DNA of 33,089 nucleotides, taken from a virus (Duplodnaviria > Heunggongvirae > Uroviricota > Caudoviricetes). Positions within the stretch are counted from its first letter, which is position 1; the number at the start of each line of letters is the position of its first letter. The stretch lies in IMG/VR virus record IMGVR_UViG_3300028534_000003, positions 1-33,089 of that record. The stretch is one strand, 5' to 3'. Under the pieces are notes generated by a model. The model was given only the letters and a program-made list of their open reading frames with translations, was not told the DNA's origin and searched no databases. Below are positions 5,162 to 15,316 of the stretch, piece after piece. The translations under genes and the position numbers were made by a program.

Positions 5162-7046
5162 TGAGATACTAGATAAAAAGCCTGCAGAAGTAGTTATAGA
5201 TGACTCAGCTAGTAATGATATTAGTGGTGATGATAGTGTTGCCTACGAAAGTTGGATGAAGTACGAGGAAGCTGTTATTGATGGCAAGGAGCGTAAGCCA
5301 AAAGATGAACCAATAATGGATCAAACTGCATTGAAAGGATTACAGAGTAAATTTGAGTTCAATGTTGATCATGCGTTAGATAATATAGACTTAAGCTTTC
5401 CAAACTATACTCCAAGCAAAGATGCTATAGAATTTTTCAATATAATGAGACTAGTATATGGTGAAGACTTTGAAACCCCAAACGCAATAGTTCACTACTT
5501 CTTCGTTGATCTGGTATTCAATAATGTTACAAGAGAAATGTTTCCATATCCAAAAGAGATAACTGATAAGATAAGATTAAACCCAAAGAAAATAGCCATA
5601 ATAGCTGCTAGGTTTACTAGTAAGAGTACTGTGCTGACTGCATTCATGCCTATATACTGCGCAATAACTGGTAAGATGCCTGGGTTTGGTCCAGTTATGT
5701 TCTGGGTTGCATTCGGTGACTCTCAACAAGCTGGTGCTAAAGTTCAGGCAAACACTATCAGGGATATATGTATGGATAGTGCATTCTGCAAGGAGCACTT
5801 CGAGAAGATGAGATTTACTGATGAAGAGTGTGAGTTCATTCGGAGAGGTAGTGAGCCAGTTAAGAAGAGAGCATTTATGTTCAAAACTAAGGGTGCTGCT
5901 GGTGGGTCAGTAAGGGGAATCAGGTATAAAACTGAACGGCCACAAATACTGAGTTTCGATGATGCTATTAAGAATGAAGCTGATGCAAACAGTCCAATAA
6001 TTATGGCTAAGTTAAAGAGTATGATTTACTCTGATGCTGAAAATGCACTAGGTAAAAAGGGTAAGATTATAATTGTTAATACACCATTTAATAAGAAAGA
6101 CCCAGTATATAGTGCGCTAGAGAATGGTGTGTGGACACCACTAGCTATACCATTATGTGAGAAAATAGAAATTGGTATGAGTAAGGAAGACTATCGAGGT
6201 AGCTGGGAAGCAATGAAAAGTTTCGAGGAAGTATACGAAAGATATGTAGATGCTGTTCAGGGACAAACACTTAGGGAGTTCAACCAAGAGATGATGCTAC
6301 GAATTAGTAACGCTGATGATAGAATGATTAAAGATGATATGCTGAATAAATATAGTAGAAAAGTTATAATGCGTTCACTAGATAAATTTACTATACTAAT
6401 AACAACAGACTTCACAGCTAGTAATAGTAAGAAAGGTGACTATAGTGGAATAGCTGTGTGGGCTATAGGTAGTGATAATGATACATTTCTACTAGACTTA
6501 GAGCTTAGGAAGAGAACTATACAAGAGCAGTATGAAGCACTGTTCAGGATGGTTAGTAAATGGGGTCGAAATGGTAGAGTACTTGAGGTAGGTATTGAGA
6601 TTGATGGTCAGCAGAAGCTAAATGTGTTTGCATTAAAGAAGATGATGATAGAAAAGAACATATGGTTCAGATTCGCTAGACAGAAGGATGCCCCTAATGG
6701 TAGAGAGGGTATAATGAGTAGGTCAGCTGGTGGTAATAAGTTAGAACGGTTCAGGTATATGATGCCAAGGTTTGAGATGGGTAAGATGTGGTTTCCAGAA
6801 GAACTAGACGATACTCCTGATATGAAAGAGATGATGGAAGAGCTAAAGTACTTAACATATGATAGTATAGGAAGTACACATGATGATGGATTAGACCTAA
6901 TAAGTCAATTAGGAATGATTGATTACATATTACCAACACAGGAGTTCGATGTAGATGATGGGCTCACAGAGGCTGACAGTAACATATGGGCCAGCTTTGA
7001 GGACGAGGATGATGACTATACTAGCAACAGCTCAGTTGTATTTTAG
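5154..7046 (+). CDS. terL: Terminase large subunit
   Basis: Walker A AARFTSKST, SVRGIRY...RPQILSFDD (Walker B), nuclease motifs ITTDFTAS, DYSGIAVW and HDDGLD. Confidence 0.9.
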   Translation: MNDEILDKKPAEVVIDDSASNDISGDDSVAYESWMKYEEAVIDGKERKPKDEPIMDQTALKGLQSKFEFNVDHALDNIDLSFPNYTPSKDAIEFFNIMRLVYGEDFETPNAIVHYFFVDLVFNNVTREMFPYPKEITDKIRLNPKKIAIIAARFTSKSTVLTAFMPIYCAITGKMPGFGPVMFWVAFGDSQQAGAKVQANTIRDICMDSAFCKEHFEKMRFTDEECEFIRRGSEPVKKRAFMFKTKGAAGGSVRGIRYKTERPQILSFDDAIKNEADANSPIIMAKLKSMIYSDAENALGKKGKIIIVNTPFNKKDPVYSALENGVWTPLAIPLCEKIEIGMSKEDYRGSWEAMKSFEEVYERYVDAVQGQTLREFNQEMMLRISNADDRMIKDDMLNKYSRKVIMRSLDKFTILITTDFTASNSKKGDYSGIAVWAIGSDNDTFLLDLELRKRTIQEQYEALFRMVSKWGRNGRVLEVGIEIDGQQKLNVFALKKMMIEKNIWFRFARQKDAPNGREGIMSRSAGGNKLERFRYMMPRFEMGKMWFPEELDDTPDMKEMMEELKYLTYDSIGSTHDDGLDLISQLGMIDYILPTQEFDVDDGLTEADSNIWASFEDEDDDYTSNSSVVF

Positions 7047-7063
7047 GTTAGTGATGATATAAT
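7031..7063 (+). promoter_or_regulatory. Promoter for the tail genes
   Basis: CTCAG-ttgtat-TTTAG-gttagtgatga-TATAAT. Confidence 0.55.
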
Positions 7064-7084
7064 TGGTTCAAATAAGAATAAGGT

Positions 7085-7717
7085 ATGATAATGAAATTAA
7101 GTACAGTAATAAGACAAGCTCGTAATGGTGAATTAAGTGCTATGTCTTCAAATGTAAAAACTAATGAAGTAATTACTGACTATATTAATTTGGGATTGAT
7201 TGCACTATATAAGAGATTCCCATTACGAACTGATGAAGCCATAGTAACACTACGAACAGGTAAAACACTGTACAGATTAGATGGTACTGATGAAGATGTT
7301 AGTATGGGTGCAGGTGAGTTATATATGGTTACATCAGCGTTTGATGAGGTAGGACCAATACCAGTTAATGATGATAGTGTTCCATTTGGTATATTCACAA
7401 CTAGCTACAATGTAGTCCAGATACCAATAGCAGTAGATGGGTCATTTGTTAGTATAATGTATCAAACAGGTCCTGATGAAATAATATATGATGAAGCTAC
7501 GGTTGACAGTGTTGATGTTCCACTACCTAGTAGCCTGGTTGACGTACTACTAACATACATAGACTACAGAGCAACTAAATCAAGTACTCCAGAAGGTAGT
7601 GGCGAACCTATAAGTAAGTACAGAGTATTTCAAGCTGCTTGTAATGAGGCTGAAAAACTAGGATTAGTGCCATCAGATCATCTAACATTTAATACAGATA
7701 TAAAAGGATTCGCATGA
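7085..7717 (+). CDS. Virion head-tail adaptor-like protein (N4 gp67-like position)
   Basis: 210 aa immediately after terL. GELS...INLGLIALYKRF and a C-terminal LLTYIDYRA resemble N4-like adaptor proteins. Confidence 0.5.
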   Translation: MIMKLSTVIRQARNGELSAMSSNVKTNEVITDYINLGLIALYKRFPLRTDEAIVTLRTGKTLYRLDGTDEDVSMGAGELYMVTSAFDEVGPIPVNDDSVPFGIFTTSYNVVQIPIAVDGSFVSIMYQTGPDEIIYDEATVDSVDVPLPSSLVDVLLTYIDYRATKSSTPEGSGEPISKYRVFQAACNEAEKLGLVPSDHLTFNTDIKGFA

Positions 7718-10494
7718 GAAGAAGCAGCTTAGATACTACTGATATTAGTATAAATAGAGATATAGACAGCCACTATGATAATGTCAAGAAAGTGGCTGAT
7801 GATCTACCACACATAGATACAGTTGCAAATGCAATAGATGGTGGTACATTTGACAACGTAGATGTAGTTATCACAGAACCATTCAATAGTGAAATTAGTA
7901 CAGTTGCCAACGATAAGGAAGCTATAGAGTCATTATATGCTGATAAGGCTAAATTAGATAGTTTGTTTGCAGATAAGGATAAATTAGACAGCCTGTTTGC
8001 AGATAAAACAACGTTGGATAGCTTATACGCAGACAAAGTTGTTCTGGATAGCATATTTGCAGATAAGGAAACATTGGATTCACTGTATGCAGATAAAGAT
8101 ACACTAGATAGGATATACACGAGCATAGCTAATATTGATAGAGTATTTACTAGCATAGGTGCTATTGATAGCTTATATGCTGATATTGATGTATTGGATA
8201 GCTTATATGCCGATAAAAGTGTGCTAGATAGGATACACACTAGTATTAGTAATATTGATACAGTGTATAATGATTTAGTTAACATAGATGCTGTTGCAGG
8301 TAATAAGGCTAATATAGATACAGTAGCTGATAATAAAACTAGTATAGACACAGTAGCAGGCAATAACACTAACATAACCACAACAGCTGCTAATATTTCA
8401 GACGTAAACATAGTAGCTGATAATATTGAAAATGTCAGTATAGTAGCAGCTAATGATGCAAATATAACAGCTGTAGCTGACAATAAGAGTAATATTGATG
8501 CTGTTGTAGCTAATGAGGCTGATATTGACTCAGTTGCTAGTATAAATGTTGATGTCACAACTGTTGCAGCTAACATCGCTGATATACAAAATGCTGAAGA
8601 AAATGCTAATACAGCTACAACTAAGGCAGCCGAAGCTAGTGCTAGTGCAGATGCTAGTGCTAATAGTGCTGAAGCTAGTGAAGTTAGTAGATTAGCTAGT
8701 GAATTAGCACTAGATGAGTTTACAGATACATACTTAGGTGCACATAATGCAGAGCCCTCAACTGATAATGATGGTGATCCACTAGAAGCTGGCGCACTAT
8801 ACTTAGATATTAGTGATAGCTCAAATATAGTTATGAAAGTATACACTGGCACAGAGTGGGTAGCTGCTTATGTTAGTTTAGGTGATGCATTACTAGGAGG
8901 TAACAATTTAAGTGATGTTAGTGATGTTACCACTGCAAGAACAAACTTAGATGTATATAGCAAGGCTGAGAGTGATGAACTATCTCCCACAGCAACTGAG
9001 GTATTAGATCTAATAAAGACTGTTGATGGAGCTGGTAGCGGACTAGACGCTGACACATTAGATGGGTTAGATAGTAGCAAGTTTCTATCAGCTGATGGAA
9101 AGGCTATTGATAGTGATAAGCTGGATGGTCTTGATAGCACACAATTTTTAAGGAAAGATATTACAGACTACATGCAAGGTAATCTTGTTATGCAGGATAC
9201 AGATAATGCTTACTCTAGTGAGTTGCAGTTTGAGAACGATACTAATAAACTAGGTATTGATTACTATAATGTAGGTCAACTACGATTTATTGATAGAGAT
9301 GCTAATGCTGTAAGGGCCACTATAGACAATATCGATACTGCTACCCCTACAATGTACTTAGGCGGTCAGAAAGTATGGAACACAGGCAATGATGGAGCTG
9401 GGTCTGGATTAGATGCTGATTTACTCGATGGTGTTGATAGTAGTCAATTCCTGAGGAGTGATATTAGTGACACATTTACTGGTACGTATCTAAATTTAAA
9501 AGGTGCTGCTATGAATAATGATGGAGCTAAAATGCATATACCACTGGTCAAGGGTGGGCAGTTTTACGCGTCAGGCGATAATACTGGTAGTATAAAAATT
9601 AAGTTCAACGATGCACAATCTGCTGATATGATGACTATGTGGGTAGATGTATATGATTATACATATAATGAAGCAGTATCGTTCTTTATTGGTGGATATA
9701 AGTATGCTGCTGATAATGCCTGGGTTAATGAAATGGCAGTACAACTTGGACAAAGAGCAGCCATTCCAGTTAGGTTTGGTAAAGATGCTAATGACTATGC
9801 CTGCATATGGATAGGTGAAACTACTCAGAACTGGGACTATGTTAGTGTAACTGTTAGAGACCTACAATCAAATAATAGTGGTTACATTAGCGAATTTGAT
9901 GCTGGTGTAACTATATCTTTAGTTACAGCTTTTGATACAGTTGAGCAGACTATAACAGACACAAGAGTTAGGGCCGGTGACAGTAGCAAACTAAACGGGT
10001 ATTATAGTACATACGCTAGTACAGCTAGTACTGTGGTTAGAAGAGATGGTAGTGGAGATATAAACGCAAGACTGTTTAGAAGTGAATATGATACAACTAA
10101 TAGCGACATTGGTTTTATTATGACACAGATTGATACAGCTAGTAATAACTATATAAGACCAAGTACACCAGCAGCAGTCGCTAATGTAATGAAAAATGAG
10201 GGTTTAATTAAAGATGATGGTCATAGCTTTGCAACTAACGGGTATCAGAAATTTAGTAATGGGTTAATATTACAGTGGGGTACTGAAGCAGCAGACTCTG
10301 GTGCCAGACAAACTATAACTATGCCTATATCATTCCCAAATGCTATATTAAATGCTCAAGCTATACATTCGGATGCAGGTGATACTTGGGTTTATCATAT
10401 GAACTGGAGAAAAGATATTAGTAGCACAAGTACGGTGGTATTTGGTAAGCATGATAATGGTTATGCTGTATCTTGGTTTGCAATTGGTTATTAA
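7714..10494 (+). CDS. Tail fibre / receptor-binding protein
   Basis: 926 aa; decad repeats, the GALYLD linker, GAGSGLDADxLDG repeats and a gp53-like C-terminus NGYQKFSNGLILQWG...WFAIGY. Confidence 0.85.
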   Translation: MRRSSLDTTDISINRDIDSHYDNVKKVADDLPHIDTVANAIDGGTFDNVDVVITEPFNSEISTVANDKEAIESLYADKAKLDSLFADKDKLDSLFADKTTLDSLYADKVVLDSIFADKETLDSLYADKDTLDRIYTSIANIDRVFTSIGAIDSLYADIDVLDSLYADKSVLDRIHTSISNIDTVYNDLVNIDAVAGNKANIDTVADNKTSIDTVAGNNTNITTTAANISDVNIVADNIENVSIVAANDANITAVADNKSNIDAVVANEADIDSVASINVDVTTVAANIADIQNAEENANTATTKAAEASASADASANSAEASEVSRLASELALDEFTDTYLGAHNAEPSTDNDGDPLEAGALYLDISDSSNIVMKVYTGTEWVAAYVSLGDALLGGNNLSDVSDVTTARTNLDVYSKAESDELSPTATEVLDLIKTVDGAGSGLDADTLDGLDSSKFLSADGKAIDSDKLDGLDSTQFLRKDITDYMQGNLVMQDTDNAYSSELQFENDTNKLGIDYYNVGQLRFIDRDANAVRATIDNIDTATPTMYLGGQKVWNTGNDGAGSGLDADLLDGVDSSQFLRSDISDTFTGTYLNLKGAAMNNDGAKMHIPLVKGGQFYASGDNTGSIKIKFNDAQSADMMTMWVDVYDYTYNEAVSFFIGGYKYAADNAWVNEMAVQLGQRAAIPVRFGKDANDYACIWIGETTQNWDYVSVTVRDLQSNNSGYISEFDAGVTISLVTAFDTVEQTITDTRVRAGDSSKLNGYYSTYASTASTVVRRDGSGDINARLFRSEYDTTNSDIGFIMTQIDTASNNYIRPSTPAAVANVMKNEGLIKDDGHSFATNGYQKFSNGLILQWGTEAADSGARQTITMPISFPNAILNAQAIHSDAGDTWVYHMNWRKDISSTSTVVFGKHDNGYAVSWFAIGY
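7921..8580 (+). repeat. About 22 tandem 30-bp (10-aa) repeats, xLDSLYADKx then NIDxVAxNxx
   Basis: Period is visible in both protein and DNA, e.g. AIESLYADKA KLDSLFADKD KLDSLFADKT TLDSLYADKV. Confidence 0.85.
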
Positions 10495-10503
10495 GGAGAT
10501 TAA

Positions 10504-11040
10504 ATGAAATATGCATATTATGATGAAACAAATGGAAAGTTGCTAGGTTGGTATGATACTGAGATACACGGGGTATTAGTACCAGCTGAGTATGATGAAG
10601 AGGGTAACGAAATAGCTGAAGAGTATTATGATATTAGTGGATTACCAGAACCAAAGTTAGAAGTTACTGATGAAGCATGGCAGGAAGCTATTGATAATGG
10701 CTACAACTATGTAGATGTTAGTACAGGTGAGCTTAGTAAAGTTGATTTCAGAACAGATGAAGAGATTGCTGAAGCTGAATTAAATGCTTGGAAGCGAAGC
10801 AGAGATGAGGCAGTGGCGAATATAGTGGTAGAATACAATGGTATACAATACCAAGGTGATGAGAAATCACAAGATAGAATGAGTAGAGCAATTAATGGTT
10901 TACCAGATGATACTACAGAGATTGGTTGGGTTGCAGCTGATAATAGTATGCAGATGCTGAATAAGGCAGACTTACAGACTATACTAGCAATGGCAGGTGC
11001 TGAACAAGCTAGACTATGGGTTGAAGGTAGACCAGAATGA
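10504..11040 (+). CDS. Tail fibre assembly chaperone (DUF4376-like C-terminus)
   Basis: Follows the fibre gene; KYAYYD..GKLLGWYD, VTDEAWQE, YQGDEKSQDRM and WVAADN. Confidence 0.7.
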   Translation: MKYAYYDETNGKLLGWYDTEIHGVLVPAEYDEEGNEIAEEYYDISGLPEPKLEVTDEAWQEAIDNGYNYVDVSTGELSKVDFRTDEEIAEAELNAWKRSRDEAVANIVVEYNGIQYQGDEKSQDRMSRAINGLPDDTTEIGWVAADNSMQMLNKADLQTILAMAGAEQARLWVEGRPE

Positions 11041-11540
11041 GTTGGCTAGTAATAGTACCAGTGCTGTTTGCATGGCTAGATAGATTACGAGGTACCGATA
11101 GTAAACTAACTATTGGTGGCTATATAATCGGTAATAGTGTATGGTATAGCAGTACAGTTGGACTAGTAATGGGATTAACTGTAGGTGATGTCAATGTTGG
11201 GTTAGTTAGTGCATTATTATTCGAGATAGGTGAACGAAGAAATTGGCAAGAGGTTGGATACTTCATAATTGACTCACACGATAGTGATGTATGGTGGGAA
11301 TTGATTGCACGAAGTTGGATATGGTACTTGCCACAGGTAATAGTGCTATGGATAGCTAACTGGATTACAGGCAATGAAGCTATAGTGTATGGATTAGTTA
11401 GCGGGTTAATTATGCTTACTGCTAGTGGAATAGCTAAGTTGATATGGCAAAGATGGAAGATTGATGGCAATAATCAATGGACAATACAAGAATATGTGCG
11501 AGGGTTCCTATGGGGGCTACTAGTGGTGGTGATGTTATGA
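11037..11540 (+). CDS. Hypothetical multi-pass membrane protein
   Basis: Several hydrophobic segments; LDRLRG motif; ATGA overlaps at both ends. Confidence 0.6.
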   Translation: MSWLVIVPVLFAWLDRLRGTDSKLTIGGYIIGNSVWYSSTVGLVMGLTVGDVNVGLVSALLFEIGERRNWQEVGYFIIDSHDSDVWWELIARSWIWYLPQVIVLWIANWITGNEAIVYGLVSGLIMLTASGIAKLIWQRWKIDGNNQWTIQEYVRGFLWGLLVVVML

Positions 11541-11869
11541 TAAGCTACCCACAGCACCCAGTTATACAAACAATGAATAACAATAGAGTAATGCTGTGGG
11601 AAGACTACAAAGTTGACTGGCTAGTAATCCCAGAAGGATACATGAGTGATGGGGCATCAGTACCAAGATGGTTATGGTCAATAGTACCACCATTCAAGCC
11701 AAAGTACATGCCAGCAGTGCTTGCCCACGACTACTTGTGTGACAAGGAGTTATACACATACGCTGATGAGTTATTCGAGAAGATACTACTAGATATCGAA
11801 GATAGTGTTGTAACCAGGGGAATGATAAAAGCCGTTAGAAGTTACCACAAAGTAAGATATAAGGTATGA
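11537..11869 (+). CDS. DUF1353-like protein
   Basis: IPEGYMSDGASVPRWLW...AVLAHDYL is the DUF1353 signature. Start moved to ATG 11537, which overlaps the upstream stop. Confidence 0.75.
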   Translation: MISYPQHPVIQTMNNNRVMLWEDYKVDWLVIPEGYMSDGASVPRWLWSIVPPFKPKYMPAVLAHDYLCDKELYTYADELFEKILLDIEDSVVTRGMIKAVRSYHKVRYKV

Positions 11870-12534
11870 GTAGATATAATATGGAAAAGACAAGAAGGTG
11901 TGGTATGCATAGTAGAATAAGTAGAAGTACATATAAATTGTATATAGCTATAGTACTATTATTAAGTGCAATAGTTATAGATGTATCAATGCGAATTACA
12001 ATAGAAAATCAAAAGAGAATACAAGCAAGGTATAATTTAGAGCAGATTGAGTTCTGTTTGAATAGTATGGTTGATACTAACATAGTTGGTGCACTGACAG
12101 TATGTACTAGTAAGTGTAGAACAAGTGAGACTGGTGATGTATTTACATTCGACTTAGATACAGGTGAAGTTGTGTACGATGTGAGTAGAGATGTACCGTT
12201 AGGTGAGAAGTTCTATTTCAATGACGATAACATTGACAAGTTATGGTACAATGCTGATAGCGGTAAAGCTGCTATGTATTGGTTAGAAAGTGGTAAAGAT
12301 AGTACATACGGAATGAATATATGGTATAACTATGATGGTGAGCCTGAATGGTTAGAGTGGATTAACTATGAACGAGATGGTAAAAAGTACGTTATAGTAC
12401 AAGGTACACAGCAAGATGAAGTGTTCGATGACTATGCTGTAATTAGATATGGATTCCTTGTAATTATGTTTATGTCAGCATTTGTGCTGATAGCGTCATA
12501 CCTACGAGAGCAAAAGAATGAACGAAGAAAGTAA
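11866..12534 (+). CDS. Two-TM membrane protein with Cache/PAS-like extracytoplasmic domain
   Basis: TM1 at about aa 23-46 and TM2 at about aa 191-214. The loop has DVFTFDLDTGEVVYD and WYNYDGEPEWLEW...KYVIVQGTQQDEV, echoing the Cache strand pattern. Confidence 0.45.
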   Translation: MSRYNMEKTRRCGMHSRISRSTYKLYIAIVLLLSAIVIDVSMRITIENQKRIQARYNLEQIEFCLNSMVDTNIVGALTVCTSKCRTSETGDVFTFDLDTGEVVYDVSRDVPLGEKFYFNDDNIDKLWYNADSGKAAMYWLESGKDSTYGMNIWYNYDGEPEWLEWINYERDGKKYVIVQGTQQDEVFDDYAVIRYGFLVIMFMSAFVLIASYLREQKNERRK

Positions 12535-12868
12535 CATGAGTAATATTGATATAAATGTAATATATAAGATACTAGTAGCAGCTAAGGATGTATCACTCGG
12601 ATTGAGCGGTGGTGCTGTTGCGTATATGTTCGACTATATGCGTGCCAGGAGAGCAGGTGATGACTTTGCTTTCAGACTTAGCAGCATGATAGTACTGATG
12701 TTATTAGGAGCATTTGTAGCATACTTAGTAGGTAGTGTATTAGATAACGGTACATATGGAAGAGACGCTATAATTGGACTTAGTGGTGTAACTGCGTACA
12801 ACATAATAGGATTAGCCGAAAGTAAATTCGCTGAATGGGTACTAGACAAGATGACAAAGGGTAAATAA
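12518..12868 (+). CDS. Putative holin
   Basis: 116 aa, three hydrophobic segments, a basic C-terminus and a position in the lysis cassette. Alternative start at 12536. Confidence 0.6.
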   Translation: MNEESNMSNIDINVIYKILVAAKDVSLGLSGGAVAYMFDYMRARRAGDDFAFRLSSMIVLMLLGAFVAYLVGSVLDNGTYGRDAIIGLSGVTAYNIIGLAESKFAEWVLDKMTKGK

Positions 12869-13293
12869 TGAGTTGGTTAACAAATATAGTTAGTAGTGGT
12901 ATTGATGAGGTAGTTGATAGTGTAGGTAAAGCTGCTGATAATTTATTCACCAGTGATGAAGAAAAGCTTATATTAAAAAATAAACTAGAGCAGATAAGAT
13001 TAGATGCTAAACTAAAGCAGATAGAGATGGCTCAAGGACAAGAGAAAGAGATAACTAAACGATGGCTAAGTGATAATGAGCACGTAATAACAAGACTTGT
13101 ACGGCCAATTAGTTACATAACAATGCTTGTATTGTACATACTTATGATAGGCTTCGATGGCAATGTTGGTGATTTCAAAGTAAATTCTGTATATATACCA
13201 ATGCTGGAGACACTACTAGTTACAATGACAATAGCATACTTCGGAGGTAGAACACTGGAGAAGTACAAAAGGATAAGCAATGAGAAAGATTGA
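12868..13293 (+). CDS. Holin-like protein (3TM gene-transfer-holin type)
   Basis: DNLFTSDEEK, WLSD...RLVRPISY and IAYFGGRTLEK; overlaps the endolysin start. Confidence 0.65.
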   Translation: MSWLTNIVSSGIDEVVDSVGKAADNLFTSDEEKLILKNKLEQIRLDAKLKQIEMAQGQEKEITKRWLSDNEHVITRLVRPISYITMLVLYILMIGFDGNVGDFKVNSVYIPMLETLLVTMTIAYFGGRTLEKYKRISNEKD

Positions 13294-13732
13294 TAAGATA
13301 TATGTGCACGAGAGTGATAGTACATTTGGTGATGTAGGTGTAGTAAGAGATTGGCATGTTAATGGTAGAGGATGGTCAGATATAGGATACCACAATGTCA
13401 TATGCAATGGACACCAACACAAAGGTGATGAATACGAGAGTGCTGTAATTGATGGTGAGATACAACAAGGTAGAGACTACAGTAGAATAGGTGCACATGT
13501 ACGAGGTGATAATAGACATAGTATAGGAATATGCCTGATAGGTGAGAATGGTGAGTTCACTGATAAACAGATGATAAGCTTAGAACAGTTAATTAGAGGG
13601 CTAATGGTGCAGTATGCTGTAGATGTTGATAATGTACTTGGACACTATGAGGCTAAGAGCGGTAAAGCTCAGGGTAAGACATGTCCAGACATTGATATGG
13701 CTAAATTCAGAGATAAGTTAAAGGATAATTAA
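13280..13732 (+). CDS. Endolysin, N-acetylmuramoyl-L-alanine amidase (Amidase_2, T7 lysozyme-like)
   Basis: IYVHES, GWSDIGYH, GAHVRG.N..SIGICLIG and GHYE...KTCP zinc-amidase motifs. Confidence 0.9.
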   Translation: MRKIDKIYVHESDSTFGDVGVVRDWHVNGRGWSDIGYHNVICNGHQHKGDEYESAVIDGEIQQGRDYSRIGAHVRGDNRHSIGICLIGENGEFTDKQMISLEQLIRGLMVQYAVDVDNVLGHYEAKSGKAQGKTCPDIDMAKFRDKLKDN

Positions 13733-15306
13733 TGGCTAAAATAACAGACCCAGATTTAATTGTAAGAGCTACATCACTAGATAACCTTGGTGTTGATGGT
13801 AATGTATTCATTGATGGTGAGCAGCTGAAAGTATACTTAGGTAAGTACGGTGATTTGAGTGATGATGGTGTGTCAATACTTGCGTTATACCAATACCTCA
13901 AAGAGGAATGGAATAGTGATGATGAACTAATTAAGTTACTGTTCCCAATGGAGTCAATAACTACAGAGCAATTTGAATTCATAGATGGCTGGACATACGG
14001 TTCAGTTGATACATTAAATCTACTTCGAGATGGTGGGTTTGCTGTTCAATCAAAAGATGGCTATGAAGAAGTTACATATGTAGGTATAATTACACTTGGT
14101 AAAGTTGGTGAGACAGATCAAATATACTACCAACAAGAACTAGATGGTGTGGCTAAGAATATAGTACTACCAGGGGCTGTTAATCAGGTAGTTAGAGTTA
14201 AAGCTCAGGTCAATAGTGATTCAACACAGATTGATGGTACTAATATGACAATTACATTAGATAAAACTGCTAAGTACTTCGATGTCGGTGACACAATTAC
14301 TATAAGCGGTACTGCTAGTAATAATGTTATATGCAAGATTACAGCTATAGCTGATAATGTAGTAACAGTTGATGGCGGCTTAGTTGATGAGTCAATAGAT
14401 ACTACAGTTAGTATAGTAGTTGATTACAGAGGATACTTCAAAGTATTTGTAAGAGAGCAAGCTAAGACATATGCACAAGCTACTCAGTCAGATATAGGTG
14501 TACTACAGTTCGACTATAAAGCAGAAAGATTCCCTATAAATAATAGTGATGACTTAAAGATAAGTGTACCTGATAGTGGTATAGATAGTGATTCAGATGG
14601 AATTGCTGATGTTGCTCCATACAATGATATTAGTATACACTATTACGATACTGCTCAAACATATAACATAGGTGGCACTGATTATCAATTTGACATTGTA
14701 ATAAGAACTAGTAGCAACCCTACAGCTGAGCAAATATACGAATATGTTGCATGGGCATTGCGACAAGATTCAAATATAAATGCTGAAGCAGGTACTGTTA
14801 TAGGCAAGACAGCAGACAAATTACTTACATTTGTAGGTGATACTTTAATAACAAGTGCTGGAGTATATATTGATGGATTCAACAGAGATGATATTAATAG
14901 ACTTAAATTCAACACAATTGATGGAACCGAGGTTATGTATCCATTCGTTGCATCTGGTAAGATAGTGTTCAGTGATACTCTTGTGTCAGATCAGAATTCA
15001 CTATATAAAGTATTCTTCGAAGATGCTAATGGTAATAAATTCGGTAGTTCATCAGCTATTGTTGTAAATGATGTTGATGGTAACCCAATAAACGGAGCCG
15101 TAACAGATTATACTATACCGTTTACATTTGATTATGAAAATAACACACAAGGTGGTAGAACACCAAACACTGATGCTAATATTGTATGTGTAGGTATAGG
15201 GCTAGACAATGCTAAGTATGTACTAGCTAGAGGAACAATAACTAGGTCAAGTGCTAACTCTATTAGTTTAGTAAGTGCACTAGAAAGAAATTATGTAAAT
15301 AAATAA
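13732..15306 (+). CDS. Virion tail-associated structural protein
   Basis: 524 aa, acidic and beta-rich; N-terminus MAKITDPDL...LYQYLKEEW...FPMESIT...FEFIDGW. Confidence 0.5.
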   Translation: MAKITDPDLIVRATSLDNLGVDGNVFIDGEQLKVYLGKYGDLSDDGVSILALYQYLKEEWNSDDELIKLLFPMESITTEQFEFIDGWTYGSVDTLNLLRDGGFAVQSKDGYEEVTYVGIITLGKVGETDQIYYQQELDGVAKNIVLPGAVNQVVRVKAQVNSDSTQIDGTNMTITLDKTAKYFDVGDTITISGTASNNVICKITAIADNVVTVDGGLVDESIDTTVSIVVDYRGYFKVFVREQAKTYAQATQSDIGVLQFDYKAERFPINNSDDLKISVPDSGIDSDSDGIADVAPYNDISIHYYDTAQTYNIGGTDYQFDIVIRTSSNPTAEQIYEYVAWALRQDSNINAEAGTVIGKTADKLLTFVGDTLITSAGVYIDGFNRDDINRLKFNTIDGTEVMYPFVASGKIVFSDTLVSDQNSLYKVFFEDANGNKFGSSSAIVVNDVDGNPINGAVTDYTIPFTFDYENNTQGGRTPNTDANIVCVGIGLDNAKYVLARGTITRSSANSISLVSALERNYVNK

Positions 15307-15316
15307 GGATTACACT

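Noticed and set aside
7921-8580. CRISPR array or DGR repeat
   Set aside because: The repeats are in-frame coding units with no unique spacers. No reverse transcriptase or adenine-specific TR/VR pair is seen.
12518-12538. Lambda S-type dual-start holin/antiholin (Met1 and Met7)
   Set aside because: The extension MNEESN is acidic rather than basic and both RBSs are weak.
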